This document shows positions 30,559-40,674 of a stretch of DNA of 64,000 nt, piece after piece. The DNA is from Promethearchaeota archaeon (lineage in GTDB: Archaea; Asgardarchaeota; Lokiarchaeia; Sigyniarchaeales; SOKP01), in the NCBI GenBank assembly GCA_019058365.1, contig JAHPZE010000006.1, positions 64,001 to 128,000 of the forward strand, written 5' to 3'. A program made the position numbers and the translations under genes. Position 1 is the stretch's first letter. Each line of letters opens with the position of its first letter. A model generated the notes under the pieces. That model saw only the letters and a list, made by a program, of their open reading frames with translations. It made no database searches and was not told the DNA's origin.

Positions 30559-31809
30559 ATGCATAAAATGGTTAAGAAATCAAATTCCATACTTGTTGTT
30601 GGATTTAATACACGTCCTTTAGCTTTTTCATTGAATAAAGCAGGTTATAATATATACGCAGTAGATTTCTTTGGTGATTTAGATCTCTATCCATATGTAG
30701 ATGATTATATTATTGTAATAAAAGCTTTGAAAAGTAATTATAACTCTTTAAAAGAGAAATATAGTATATTCTTAGCTCAATTTGCTTTAGAATTGCATCG
30801 CAAACATAGAAATGTAGATTTTTTATTAATAGGTAGTGGTTTAGATGATGCCTATAAAGAAAGGGAAAAAATCTTAGATGAAATTAAGAGTTTTAATACG
30901 ATTAGCGTCAATAATGAGTTACAAGTTATTAAAAAGTCAAGAGATATAAAATATCTTCTTGAATTTCTTAAATCCCTTGGTTATAAGGTTCCTTTATCTT
31001 TTTCTTTTGAAAATTTTCGACTTTTAAACGCAAATCTGGAATATCCCTTTATATTAAAAAAAAAGAGAAGTGCAGGTGGCATAAATGTCTTCAAAGTTGA
31101 GCATGAAAAGAAATTAACGTCTCTAATACGTATTTTAGAAAAGAAAAAGTTTATTCCGTCAGAATGGTTAGTTCAAGAATACATTGAAGGAATTCCCGTT
31201 AGTTGTACAGTAATTTCTGATGGAAAAGAGTGTGAAGTCATATCCATAAATCGTCAAATCATTGGTGAAAAGTTTCTTTATGCTCCAAAAGATTTTATGT
31301 ATTGTGGAAATATCGTGCCTGCTGGATTGTCAATTGATGAAGAAAAAATTATATCTGAGATTTCGATGCTTCTAACAAAAGAATTAGGTCTACAAGGGAT
31401 TAATGGGTTTGACTTTGTTTTAAAAGATAATTATCCTTATTTTATGGAATGTAATCCAAGAATTCCTGGATCAATTAGAGCTTCAGAATCTGTTCTGAAC
31501 TTGAATCTTTTAGATTTACACATAAAATGCTTTATACCTAATGAATGGAAAAACATTAAAAAATTGATTAAATCTACGATACCTAAAACTTTTGCTACAA
31601 AATTGGTATTTTTTGCTCCAAAAGATATAGAAAAAAGAATTTTATCAAAAATAAATAATCTTGAATTTGTTTATGATAAAACTGAGCCAACTAAAGATGT
31701 TTTAAAAGGGGAACCTTTATGTACTGTTTTATATGTTGCTAAAGATTATCTTGCATCTTTTAATGGAGCGAAAAAGATTATAAATGAAATCGAGAGAATT
31801 ATTGGATAA
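30559..31809 (+). CDS. ATP-grasp carboligase-like protein
   Basis: AVDFFGDLD, SAGG, VQEYIEG, FMYCGNI, GINGFDF, MECNPR. Confidence 0.8.
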   Translation: MHKMVKKSNSILVVGFNTRPLAFSLNKAGYNIYAVDFFGDLDLYPYVDDYIIVIKALKSNYNSLKEKYSIFLAQFALELHRKHRNVDFLLIGSGLDDAYKEREKILDEIKSFNTISVNNELQVIKKSRDIKYLLEFLKSLGYKVPLSFSFENFRLLNANLEYPFILKKKRSAGGINVFKVEHEKKLTSLIRILEKKKFIPSEWLVQEYIEGIPVSCTVISDGKECEVISINRQIIGEKFLYAPKDFMYCGNIVPAGLSIDEEKIISEISMLLTKELGLQGINGFDFVLKDNYPYFMECNPRIPGSIRASESVLNLNLLDLHIKCFIPNEWKNIKKLIKSTIPKTFATKLVFFAPKDIEKRILSKINNLEFVYDKTEPTKDVLKGEPLCTVLYVAKDYLASFNGAKKIINEIERIIG

Positions 31810-32536
31810 TAGCTTTAATTTTAGCAATGTAAGATCCTAATTTTCTCTCGTCAGACTCGGGAACAGCAAGTGCTAAGACTCTGTTTTCATCTAAATCGTG
31901 GATTATAACAGAACCATTTTCCCCTCCTATAATACAGTATTCCATATGACTTTCTAGTAATACTCCAGATAAATTATATAATGCAGCAACCATAGCTGAA
32001 AGAATTGGTTCAGGCATAGTTGATTGTATCTTAATTGGTAATCCATCTTTGGTAATAATTGCTAACACTAGAGTATTTGGTATCGCTCTTTTCAAACCTT
32101 TAAATATTTCTTCTTTAAGAATATCTGATGTTTCTGCAATAGCGGTTATTTGTAGGCTTAATTTTTGTAGTCTATTAATAAATGAATCTAATCCTTCAAG
32201 TTCAGCTAACTCTCTATTTAAATAACTTATCATTGTAATATGTTCTGTTAATATGGAGAGGACAATTTTTTCCTTACCAATAATTAAGTTATAAGAAACA
32301 TCTTGATTTAGTGAATCTCTTAACATTTTAGATGAAAGGTATACAAGGCTACTATTTGCTGCTGTAATTTCACCCATTGTCATTTTAACTTCTTTTTTAA
32401 ATTTGCTTGCTATTTTTGTTCCCTCAGCGGTTCCAACATTGATTCCCAGAATAGCTGGTGCTGAATCAAGCTCTTTTTCTATTATTTCAGATACATCTGA
32501 TTCTAATTCTTCGATTATTTTTTCTTGCTTTTCCAT
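31799..32536 (-). CDS. Tandem roadblock/LC7-domain protein
   Basis: Two ~115-aa units: VGTAEGTKIAS..ITAANSSL and IITKDGLPI..LSAMVAAL..IIGGENG. Confidence 0.75.
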   Translation of the reverse strand: MEKQEKIIEELESDVSEIIEKELDSAPAILGINVGTAEGTKIASKFKKEVKMTMGEITAANSSLVYLSSKMLRDSLNQDVSYNLIIGKEKIVLSILTEHITMISYLNRELAELEGLDSFINRLQKLSLQITAIAETSDILKEEIFKGLKRAIPNTLVLAIITKDGLPIKIQSTMPEPILSAMVAALYNLSGVLLESHMEYCIIGGENGSVIIHDLDENRVLALAVPESDERKLGSYIAKIKAIIQ

Positions 32537-32629
32537 GGAAGAATATTGTATATCTGAAAATAAAAAGCTATTCTAATTATTTAATAATAATAATAAAATA
32601 TGAACTAGTACGGTTAGAATGTTTAATAA

Positions 32630-32941
32630 TTGAAGATTAAATTAATTAATTATGTAATTATGTTAACAGGTTGTTATGATACAAGATTAAAACCGCTCTC
32701 TTATCGAAGTCCAAAAACTCTACTTGAAATCGCTTATGTAATAATTAGAAAATATTGCAGAATCGGTGATTTTTGTGATTTATCAGATATTATTATTTTC
32801 GATAATACCATTATTGGCAAATCATGCAAATTAAATTGGTGTATTATAGATGAGAATATAAAAATACCAGACAAGTTTAATACAACAAATTGTTTTATTA
32901 TTAAAAATGATAAAAAAGAATTAGAAATAATAACTTATTAA
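32630..32941 (+). pseudogene. Internally deleted, degenerate sugar-phosphate nucleotidyltransferase remnant
   Basis: Decayed motif MLTGCYDTRLKPLSYRSPKTLL (cf. LAGGxGTRLxPLTxxxPKPL) joined directly to hexapeptide repeats IGDFCDL..IIFDNTIIGKSCKL..CII. Confidence 0.7.
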
Positions 32942-32995
32942 ATTTTAATCATTATAGTAAAAATTATAAATAAATAATATTGTGATCTTGTTATA

Positions 32996-33796
32996 ATGGA
33001 TTACGAAATAAAAAAACAATTAGAGACTAAGGATAATCTTATTAAATTAAAAGATGAACAAGTGAAAACTCTTGAGAACTCTCTATTATTAAAGGATGAG
33101 CAAATCAAGACTCTTGAGAAGACAATAAAGACTAAGGATGAAGAAACTAGAACTTTAGAAAAAACTGTCTCATTAAAAGAAGAAGAAATTAAGAAATTAA
33201 GTTCTTCTGCAATTGATCCAAATTTTTTAAAAGATCAAGATGAAACTATTACTCAGCTTCAGAAAGAGATAGAAATATTAAATGAGGAATTAACTAAAGC
33301 GGATGAAGATTTGGAAGGCTTAGAATTAGAAAATGAGAAACTAAAAAATGCTCAAACTAGTTCTAAAGAAGTAAAAATCATAGATTTTACAAACACTCAG
33401 ATTAAGAAATCTAAAATTCTTGAAAAAATGAAAGCTTTATTAGAAAATGCTATAGCGAATGTTACCATTGTTGTTCCTAGTATTGAAGATTTGCAGGAAC
33501 TCTATTTATATGAACTTAGATCTTCTGTTAGTATGAAGATTGCGTGTTCAATTAATCCAGGAATTGATGAGCATAGGGAATTACTGGAGGAATTTGAAAG
33601 TTTAGATAATATTTCCCTTAGAAATTACGAAAGAAAAGATAGATATGTCATAACTAGGGATGGAGAGGAACTATTTTTTGCCGCAATTGGTAACTCTGAT
33701 GAGAATCATCTCGTATTCCATACAAGAGACCCAAAACATATCACATTATTCAGTTCCTTAGCCACTGATGGCTGGATCCAGAGTAGAAAAGTGTAG
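32996..33796 (+). CDS. Coiled-coil protein with 14-residue repeats and a C-terminal TrmB/PLD-like fold
   Basis: LKDEQVKTLENS / LKDEQIKTLEKT / TKDEETRTLEKT repeats; YVITRDGEELFF. Confidence 0.6.
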   Translation: MDYEIKKQLETKDNLIKLKDEQVKTLENSLLLKDEQIKTLEKTIKTKDEETRTLEKTVSLKEEEIKKLSSSAIDPNFLKDQDETITQLQKEIEILNEELTKADEDLEGLELENEKLKNAQTSSKEVKIIDFTNTQIKKSKILEKMKALLENAIANVTIVVPSIEDLQELYLYELRSSVSMKIACSINPGIDEHRELLEEFESLDNISLRNYERKDRYVITRDGEELFFAAIGNSDENHLVFHTRDPKHITLFSSLATDGWIQSRKV

Positions 33797-33799
33797 AAT

Positions 33800-34528
33800 T
33801 TAAAATATCGGACACTTCTCTTTTACACATTTATCATTAATGTTTGAAAAACAACATCTTTCAAAGGTATAACCTAAATCTATATTGAACTTTTCTTTTA
33901 AGAATTTAATAGTCTCTTTGATCGATAACCTCACTGATCTTTTACAACAGTGCTCTAAGTTATCAGCGATTTTATTTAATGATCTTGATGTTATTTGATT
34001 TGCTAATGTCCTTGGAGAATCTGTAGATGGAGTTGCTCCTGTGAAAATACTTATTGCTATCCCAGATCCCATTCCAGCACCACATGATCCATAAAAGCCG
34101 CACCACCCACCTGGAACTTTAGAGGCTCTTCGTATTGCTTCTTTAATATCAAATAAATTTATCTCGGTTCCATCAGGTTTTTTTATTTTATTGTTTTTAA
34201 GAGCTGTTAAAATAACCGCAGGGGTTAAAACATGATGTTCTGGACCATAAACTTTGAATTTAGGATGCTTCATTATTAAATCTGCTAATTTAAATGGATC
34301 TTTAATCTTTGTTTCCCCACAAATTCTTTCAATGAGTTCAATAGGACCTTTGGAATGACAAGTATCACATATATAATGACCTTCTTCACAGTAAATATTA
34401 GAATTAAATATATATCCACAAAATTCACATTTAAGTTCTTTATAGTCTTCCTGTTTTGTCCCATAGATTAAATTTTTATGGCAAATCTCACACTTATCAC
34501 TTTTTTTTTCAGACATTAATAATCGCAA
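33800..34528 (-). CDS. DUF5714-like Cys-rich protein
   Basis: CEIC, CEFC, CEEGHYICDTCH, GPEHH, PGGWCGFYGSCGA, CCKR. Confidence 0.75.
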   Translation of the reverse strand: MRLLMSEKKSDKCEICHKNLIYGTKQEDYKELKCEFCGYIFNSNIYCEEGHYICDTCHSKGPIELIERICGETKIKDPFKLADLIMKHPKFKVYGPEHHVLTPAVILTALKNNKIKKPDGTEINLFDIKEAIRRASKVPGGWCGFYGSCGAGMGSGIAISIFTGATPSTDSPRTLANQITSRSLNKIADNLEHCCKRSVRLSIKETIKFLKEKFNIDLGYTFERCCFSNINDKCVKEKCPIF

Positions 34529-34537
34529 CTTTAAAAT

Positions 34538-35401
34538 TTACGGTATTTCTATAAATGTTCTTTTTCTTTTATAAAAATGAGCTAATTTAGTATAACCTAT
34601 CTTGCTTACCAATTTTATCATTTTATTAAATTTATAACCTAACTCATTAGGATGATGAGCATCTGACCCTAAGAGAATTGGAATATCTAATTCATACATT
34701 TTTTCAATAATTTCAAAACTAGGGTATTGTTCTTTTATTTCTTTTCTTAATCCCCCTGTATTAATTTCAACTGTTAAATCTCTCCTTTTAACACACTCAA
34801 GAGTTTTAATTACTTCATTCATAACCAATTCTTTGTCTATTGCTCTCTTTTTATATTTTTTTGGTAAATCAAAATGACTTACAACGTCAAAGTCAAATTC
34901 TTCTGAGGTGATCATGTCCTGTAATTTGTGATAATATTCTAAATAGATATTATCAATACTATCATATTCTTTATACATACTTAAAAATCTTCTATCATCA
35001 ACAGCAAATAATTTTGATTTTCCATGTAATATGTGGACCGAACCTAGGATATAGTCTAAATTATTCAATCTATTCTTAATCTGTAAATTTAAAAAACTCT
35101 CTTGACTTTTAAAGTAATCGACCTCAAATGCTACTCTTAACTGAATTTTATTTTTATATATATCTCTTAATCTTTGTATAGACGAGAGATATAAATCAAC
35201 TTCATTTAAGCTCATAGCATATTCTTGATATGGAACTTCTTCTATTAAGATAGAACTACTCTTAAGATATTCATATGGGAAATGATCACTAATTCCAATA
35301 AGATCTAATTTCTTATCGATAGCTTTTTTAATATAATCCTCAATCGAGCCAACTGCGTGATGGCACATTTGATTGTGAGTATGATAATCTTCTAAAACCA
35401 T
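34538..35401 (-). CDS. Histidinol-phosphatase, PHP/HisJ family
   Basis: DYHTH, CHHA, SDH, GSVH, HFDLPK, EINTGG, GSDAH. Confidence 0.88.
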   Translation of the reverse strand: MVLEDYHTHNQMCHHAVGSIEDYIKKAIDKKLDLIGISDHFPYEYLKSSSILIEEVPYQEYAMSLNEVDLYLSSIQRLRDIYKNKIQLRVAFEVDYFKSQESFLNLQIKNRLNNLDYILGSVHILHGKSKLFAVDDRRFLSMYKEYDSIDNIYLEYYHKLQDMITSEEFDFDVVSHFDLPKKYKKRAIDKELVMNEVIKTLECVKRRDLTVEINTGGLRKEIKEQYPSFEIIEKMYELDIPILLGSDAHHPNELGYKFNKMIKLVSKIGYTKLAHFYKRKRTFIEIP

Positions 35402-35467
35402 CTTGTATTTATAAAATAATATAAATTAGATAAAATTAATCATAACAAAATATAAGCTGATTAGTTT

Positions 35468-36277
35468 TTGGAATTTAAAAACAAAATATTTGATGGTGAA
35501 TATGAAGTATCTGAAGTTCAGATTAATAATGAAGGACAAATCTTTCGAGGATTATTGTATTTTCCAGCAGAAAGATTTAAAAAACCTTATCCATTAGTGA
35601 TATATTTCCATGGATTTCCAGAGTTATTTTCATTAACAGAGAATGTAAAAAAGTATAAATATATTTTAGATTTGGGTTACTCCCTTATTGTTTTTAATTT
35701 TCGAGGATATCGAATTAGTGAGGGCTCGATTTCAATTGGTTCTCAAATCTCTGATAGTTTAAAGATAATTGAATTTGTAAAAATAATGACAAAAAAGAAA
35801 ATTTTCGATATTAATAGTATTAATATTATAGGTTATGATTTTGGAGCACATATAGCTTTAATGGTATGTTCTAGAATTGAAACTATAAATAAATTGATAA
35901 TTGTCAGTCCAATTATAGATTTAAAAAAACATGTTTATAGTAAAGACTTTCCAAGAGCTTTGAGTTACATTAACAGATTTCTTCCCAGTTGTATCAATAG
36001 AATTGAAAATATCGAAGAATTTATTAAGTCTACAAAAGAAGAGTTAGATAATGACCAATTGCAAATTGAGATATTTATAAATCAGTTGAAATTAAAAAAA
36101 CTAAAAATAATTATCGGAGAAAATGATAAATTAACACCTATAGCAGAAATAAACAGTATATTTCAGGGAGTAAATATTAATTACGAGCTTTCTATTATTA
36201 ATGGTGCAGATCATGATTTTAATGATGATGAGGAATTAGAAAAATTGAATAAAGAGATAATAAAGTGTTTCATATAG
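35468..36277 (+). CDS. Alpha/beta hydrolase with Asp at the nucleophile elbow
   Basis: HGFP, FRGYRISEG, GYDFG, GEND, GADH. Confidence 0.78.
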   Translation: MEFKNKIFDGEYEVSEVQINNEGQIFRGLLYFPAERFKKPYPLVIYFHGFPELFSLTENVKKYKYILDLGYSLIVFNFRGYRISEGSISIGSQISDSLKIIEFVKIMTKKKIFDINSINIIGYDFGAHIALMVCSRIETINKLIIVSPIIDLKKHVYSKDFPRALSYINRFLPSCINRIENIEEFIKSTKEELDNDQLQIEIFINQLKLKKLKIIIGENDKLTPIAEINSIFQGVNINYELSIINGADHDFNDDEELEKLNKEIIKCFI

Positions 36278-36303
36278 TCACTTTTTCTATTGAGGGTCTA
36301 AAT

Positions 36304-36795
36304 TTGAACAAATATCATTTGAGACGGATTGAAAAAGAAATATCTAATAAAAAGGAATTATTAGGGATCCTTAAAAAGGGAAAATATACAATTATTTCGC
36401 TGTGTAAAGAGAATAAACCTTATATTGTAGCTCTAAGTTATGGATATGATGAATCTAAACATGCTTTATATTTTCATTGTGCTAAAGAAGGGCAAAAACT
36501 GGATTTTATAAAATCTAATCCATATGTTTGTGGTACTATTATTGAAGATAATGGTTACAAAGATGGATGTGGTCAAGCATTCCGTTCAATCGTATTTAGG
36601 GGGAAAATAGTGATTATTGAAGAATTAGAAGAAAAAAAATATGGATTTGACATTTTAATAGATCAACTGGAAAACGATCCTAATACCATTAAAAGTAAAT
36701 TCCTTAAAAAAGATACAACGTATGAAAACTCAGGTATTTTAAGATTAGATATTACAGATATTACTGGTAAAGAAGAAAAATCAGATTCCCAATAA
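36304..36795 (+). CDS. Pyridoxamine 5'-phosphate oxidase-like (NimA-type) flavin-binding protein
   Basis: LRR.EKEI, PYIVALSYGY, YFHCAKEGQKLDFIKSNP, ITGK; likely TTG start at 36304 after GAGGG. Confidence 0.82.
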   Translation: MNKYHLRRIEKEISNKKELLGILKKGKYTIISLCKENKPYIVALSYGYDESKHALYFHCAKEGQKLDFIKSNPYVCGTIIEDNGYKDGCGQAFRSIVFRGKIVIIEELEEKKYGFDILIDQLENDPNTIKSKFLKKDTTYENSGILRLDITDITGKEEKSDSQ

Positions 36796-36807
36796 AATAG
36801 TTTAACT

Positions 36808-37608
36808 CTAAAATTTAATTGATTTAAATACAGTTTGCCAACAATATTGCTTCAAAAAATCAATTTTATATAAGGGAAATTCAATTAATTGAAGTATTTT
36901 ATAAAGAATTCTAAATATTTTTGGTTTTTTGAAAATAATTTTAAAAATCTCAGTCGATGGAGAAATAATATAATATTCAGCATGCTTAATATTACTAAAT
37001 ATTTTTTTTGCTTTCATAACATCTGATAATAATAAAGGATGTTCATGTTTAGTTCTTTTTTTTGGATTTAGATGTTTCCTATTCATTTCTACTATAGGAT
37101 TTTTTTTTAGTGGTTCTATAAAGGTAATGAACCCTTTTTTTTTGAGTAAACGTTTACATTCTCGAAAGAATAGCCCGATATCTGGTAAATGATGAAGAAT
37201 TCTAGAACCTACAATGATATCAAACGTGTTATCTTCAAAATCTGGAATTTGGGCATTCATAACTCGAAAATCTACATTAAGGTTTAATTCATTCATTTGA
37301 CTTTTACAGAAATTTATAAAATTTTTTGAAAGATCGATTCCTATTACATCAGCCCCCTTTCGAGCTAAATAAAAAGAAAGATTACCTCGACCACAGCCAA
37401 TATCTAACACTTTCTTTCCTTCAATATTTCCTAGCATGTTTTTTAATGTTATATTAACTTGTTTAAAAAAACTCTCTTCTTCTAAATCAAATATTTTTCC
37501 CGGACGTAACATCTTTTTATTATAATAACTTTCTTCATCTCTGAATATGTGGGTATACTTTGAAAGTGTTTTCTTTTTTTCTTGATCATCCATAAATATC
37601 GAATCCAA
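36808..37608 (-). CDS. Class I SAM-dependent methyltransferase
   Basis: VLDIGCGRG, GIDLS, FDII, LHHL. Confidence 0.88.
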   Translation of the reverse strand: MDSIFMDDQEKKKTLSKYTHIFRDEESYYNKKMLRPGKIFDLEEESFFKQVNITLKNMLGNIEGKKVLDIGCGRGNLSFYLARKGADVIGIDLSKNFINFCKSQMNELNLNVDFRVMNAQIPDFEDNTFDIIVGSRILHHLPDIGLFFRECKRLLKKKGFITFIEPLKKNPIVEMNRKHLNPKKRTKHEHPLLLSDVMKAKKIFSNIKHAEYYIISPSTEIFKIIFKKPKIFRILYKILQLIEFPLYKIDFLKQYCWQTVFKSIKF

Positions 37609-37696
37609 CCGTATCTTAATAGTAATATTTAATTCTTTAAAATAAATATATTGAAATGTTATTGAATGCCATCACTAAAAACGTTAATAAAAATCT

Positions 37697-39058
37697 ATGA
37701 TTAGAAAGTATCAAGAAATATATGATATAGATATTGAGGAAGCAGAATTTTTTTTAAAATTAGAAAAGTCATTAACCAAGGCTAAAAGGAATGAAGATAC
37801 GAAAATAGGATACTTTAAAAAGTTCCAAGCCAATAACATTGATTTATTCAAAAATAATAACTATTATAGTTATGTAAATGAAGAATCACATATTATTGCA
37901 TTAGATTTGAGTCGATGGGAAATAAAAGAACTTCCAGAATCTATTGGGAAACTGTCAAAGCTACAATATTTAAGTTTAGCTAATCTTGAATTGAAAAGTT
38001 TGCCTGAATCTATTAAATATCTCTCTCACCTTAAATACTTTAATTTAGGGGGCAATAAGTTTAGTAGTTTACCAAAATGGTTGATTGATTTTGTTGGAAG
38101 TAAATTCTCACAAAATTATATAAATAAGGGGGTAAATACTATAGAAGCAAAAGTGCTAAGTATATTAGAAGTTCTTAAAGGAAATAGATTGGAAAAAGTA
38201 AGTATAGAAAGTGATGTAATTCATTGGGAATATGCTTTAAATTATAAGATTAACAAGGAAGGAAATATAATAGGGATATATATAAATGATGAGAAAATGG
38301 GAATTGGAATCTTCCCCGAACTAATATGTACTCTTAACTATCTCCAAGATTTAGTTTTACCACAATCATCGTTAGAATTCTTACCAAATTGTATTGGTGA
38401 ACTTCATAATCTCAGATATTTGGATCTATCTTTTAACAGAATTAATTATATCCCAGAGTCAATAGATAAGTTAGTAAATTTAGAGTATTTAGACCTAAAT
38501 GATAATGAAATCTCTGAAGAAAAGTTATCTTCTCTAAAATGGAGCAAAAATGGGCAATTATCTCTTGATAAGGGTGATTTTAATAGTGTAATTCAAGAAT
38601 GTAACAATACATTAAAAATATATCCTAAAAATAAAAGTGTTTGGTTCAACTTAGGAATCGCTTATAAAGAGGTAGGGGAATATTCTAAAGCTGAAGAAGC
38701 ATTTAAAAAGTTTTTAGAAATCGATCCACTAGGTTCAGTTGTATGGAGTAATCTAAGTGATATTTATTATCAAAAGGGAGATTATACTAATGCTATTACT
38801 ACAATAGAGCAGGCTTTAAAAATTGAACCGAATGTAGCATTTTTATGGAGTAACCTTGGCTTTAATTTAAAGAAATTGGGAAAATATGATAAAGCTATTA
38901 GTGCATATTTACATTCACTTGATATAAATCCAAAAAATAAAAATGTATGGAAAGATTTAGCACTAATTTATCGCTACAAAGGCGATTACATGAAAGCTAT
39001 TGAAGCTGATGAACATGCTTTAGAAATTGAACTAAACCCAAACGATGAACAGAAATAG
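37697..39058 (+). CDS. Leucine-rich-repeat plus TPR protein
   Basis: LPESIGKLSKLQYLSL-type LRRs; C-terminal W.NLG..Y...G.Y..A TPRs. Confidence 0.88.
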   Translation: MIRKYQEIYDIDIEEAEFFLKLEKSLTKAKRNEDTKIGYFKKFQANNIDLFKNNNYYSYVNEESHIIALDLSRWEIKELPESIGKLSKLQYLSLANLELKSLPESIKYLSHLKYFNLGGNKFSSLPKWLIDFVGSKFSQNYINKGVNTIEAKVLSILEVLKGNRLEKVSIESDVIHWEYALNYKINKEGNIIGIYINDEKMGIGIFPELICTLNYLQDLVLPQSSLEFLPNCIGELHNLRYLDLSFNRINYIPESIDKLVNLEYLDLNDNEISEEKLSSLKWSKNGQLSLDKGDFNSVIQECNNTLKIYPKNKSVWFNLGIAYKEVGEYSKAEEAFKKFLEIDPLGSVVWSNLSDIYYQKGDYTNAITTIEQALKIEPNVAFLWSNLGFNLKKLGKYDKAISAYLHSLDINPKNKNVWKDLALIYRYKGDYMKAIEADEHALEIELNPNDEQK

Positions 39059-39065
39059 AGGAAGG

Positions 39066-39716
39066 TTAATCTAAATATTTATTAATGTATCGTTGAACTT
39101 CGCTCGCAGGTTGAAAGATCCCGAAATGTCCCTCACATAGGATATCTGCGTTAAGATCTAAGAGTTTTCTTAACGAATTTTGATAATCATCATAGTTACT
39201 TACGCCAGGAATAATTGGTCCATGCAAATCTTGCCCAAATAGAATTTTCTTTTTATCTTTAGTTTCGATCAATATTGAAATAGAACCTGGAGTATGGCCT
39301 GGTGTATGAATGCATTGAAATTCATAGATTCCAAATTTTAAAATTTCTAAATTCCCTTTCAATTTTTTTGTGAGTTTAATAGGTTGATACTTTACGCCAT
39401 ACCACATAGCTGCTGTTTCTTTATCATGCCCCATCTCTTCTATTGCTTCTGCATCAAATTCATGAGCATAGTAATTCACATTTTTATTATATTGTTTTAA
39501 ATCATAACACGCAGCGATATGATCTATATGGAAATGAGTTATAATACAATGTTTTATCTCCATTGGATCTAAATTGAGTTTAGTGATCTTTTTTATCATT
39601 TCAAGGCTCATTCCACAATCTATTAAAACAAGCCCTTCTTCACTATGAGTATTTACTAAATAAACTGAACAACCAGAATCTCCTATATGATAAATATCCT
39701 CAAAAATTTCTCTCAA
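39066..39716 (-). CDS. Metallo-beta-lactamase fold hydrolase
   Basis: IDCG, THFHIDH, TPGHTPGS, GQD, EGH. Confidence 0.88.
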   Translation of the reverse strand: MREIFEDIYHIGDSGCSVYLVNTHSEEGLVLIDCGMSLEMIKKITKLNLDPMEIKHCIITHFHIDHIAACYDLKQYNKNVNYYAHEFDAEAIEEMGHDKETAAMWYGVKYQPIKLTKKLKGNLEILKFGIYEFQCIHTPGHTPGSISILIETKDKKKILFGQDLHGPIIPGVSNYDDYQNSLRKLLDLNADILCEGHFGIFQPASEVQRYINKYLD

Positions 39717-39738
39717 ATTTTATTCTCCTTACCTATAT

Positions 39739-39761
39739 TAATCAATCATTATGATTGATTA
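39739..39761. promoter_or_regulatory. Perfect 11-bp inverted repeat, candidate repressor operator
   Basis: taatcaatcat-t-atgattgatta, between a minus-strand TTTTTTAAA box and the start at 39716. Confidence 0.6.
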
Positions 39762-39799
39762 TTTAAAAAATAATAGTTTTGTATATATCTAGATTCAAA

Positions 39800-40597
39800 T
39801 CATGTTGCTTTAATATAAAGTCTTTTATAGAGCAGAATTGTAATAACCGCTGCCATCATTGTTGAAAATAAAACATCTGAGACATAATGAGCTCCAATAA
39901 CAATGCGAGATAAACCAACAAATAGTCCCCATCCAACTATTAAAATATAGGATAAAATCTTAATAATATCCGTATTCTTTCGATCTTTTACTACAATTAA
40001 TAAAGGTAAAAACATCCATCCCATTGCGGTATGACCGCTAGGAAAACTTTGGTTTCCTGTTATCCCTTGCGGCAAAAACCAAGGAGTATAATCTATAAAA
40101 CCAGGAGCAAGATCTCTAAATCGAACTCTTCCCCATAAAAGTTTAATTATTTGTACAAATAATAACGGATTGATGATTGCTAACAGCAAAATTATTCCTG
40201 CTAAAGTTCTATAGGTCTTCCAATCCTTATTCCATGTGATCATTACATAAAATATCATCGGAATAATTAAAGCCCACCCTGTATAAAAATCTGTTTCATT
40301 ATTCGCAAATATGATAAAAAGGATTCCAACAATCACAGATATATAAGCAGGGATTTTTTGTAAATTTAAATTCTTATTAAAACCCCCTAAGTAAGTTGCC
40401 AGTGCTATTGCTATTAATGCATAACCAGGAACTTCTCCAAAATCTCTTCCAAAAATACCCCATTTTGAATTTTGATCTACCACAACTTTAGACATTTCTA
40501 GATCCGTAAAACCAAAAACAATAGCAAGAGTAATCCAAATTAATATTATGGTTAACAGTAACTTTGTGGTTATAGATTCTTTAACATTTTTAAACAT
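39800..40597 (-). CDS. PAP2 family membrane phosphatase
   Basis: K..WGRVR, SFPSGH, SRIVIGAHYVSD. Confidence 0.88.
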   Translation of the reverse strand: MFKNVKESITTKLLLTIILIWITLAIVFGFTDLEMSKVVVDQNSKWGIFGRDFGEVPGYALIAIALATYLGGFNKNLNLQKIPAYISVIVGILFIIFANNETDFYTGWALIIPMIFYVMITWNKDWKTYRTLAGIILLLAIINPLLFVQIIKLLWGRVRFRDLAPGFIDYTPWFLPQGITGNQSFPSGHTAMGWMFLPLLIVVKDRKNTDIIKILSYILIVGWGLFVGLSRIVIGAHYVSDVLFSTMMAAVITILLYKRLYIKAT

Positions 40598-40674
40598 TCA
40601 AGCACCTAGTGTCCCATCATCAAAAAATAACCTATTGAAGAAAGTTATAATAATAATCCTAATACATTGATGTA

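Noticed and set aside
37660-37677. AGTGATGGCATTC on the minus strand resembling the start of a fluoride riboswitch
   Set aside because: The pairing strand and downstream conserved elements are absent
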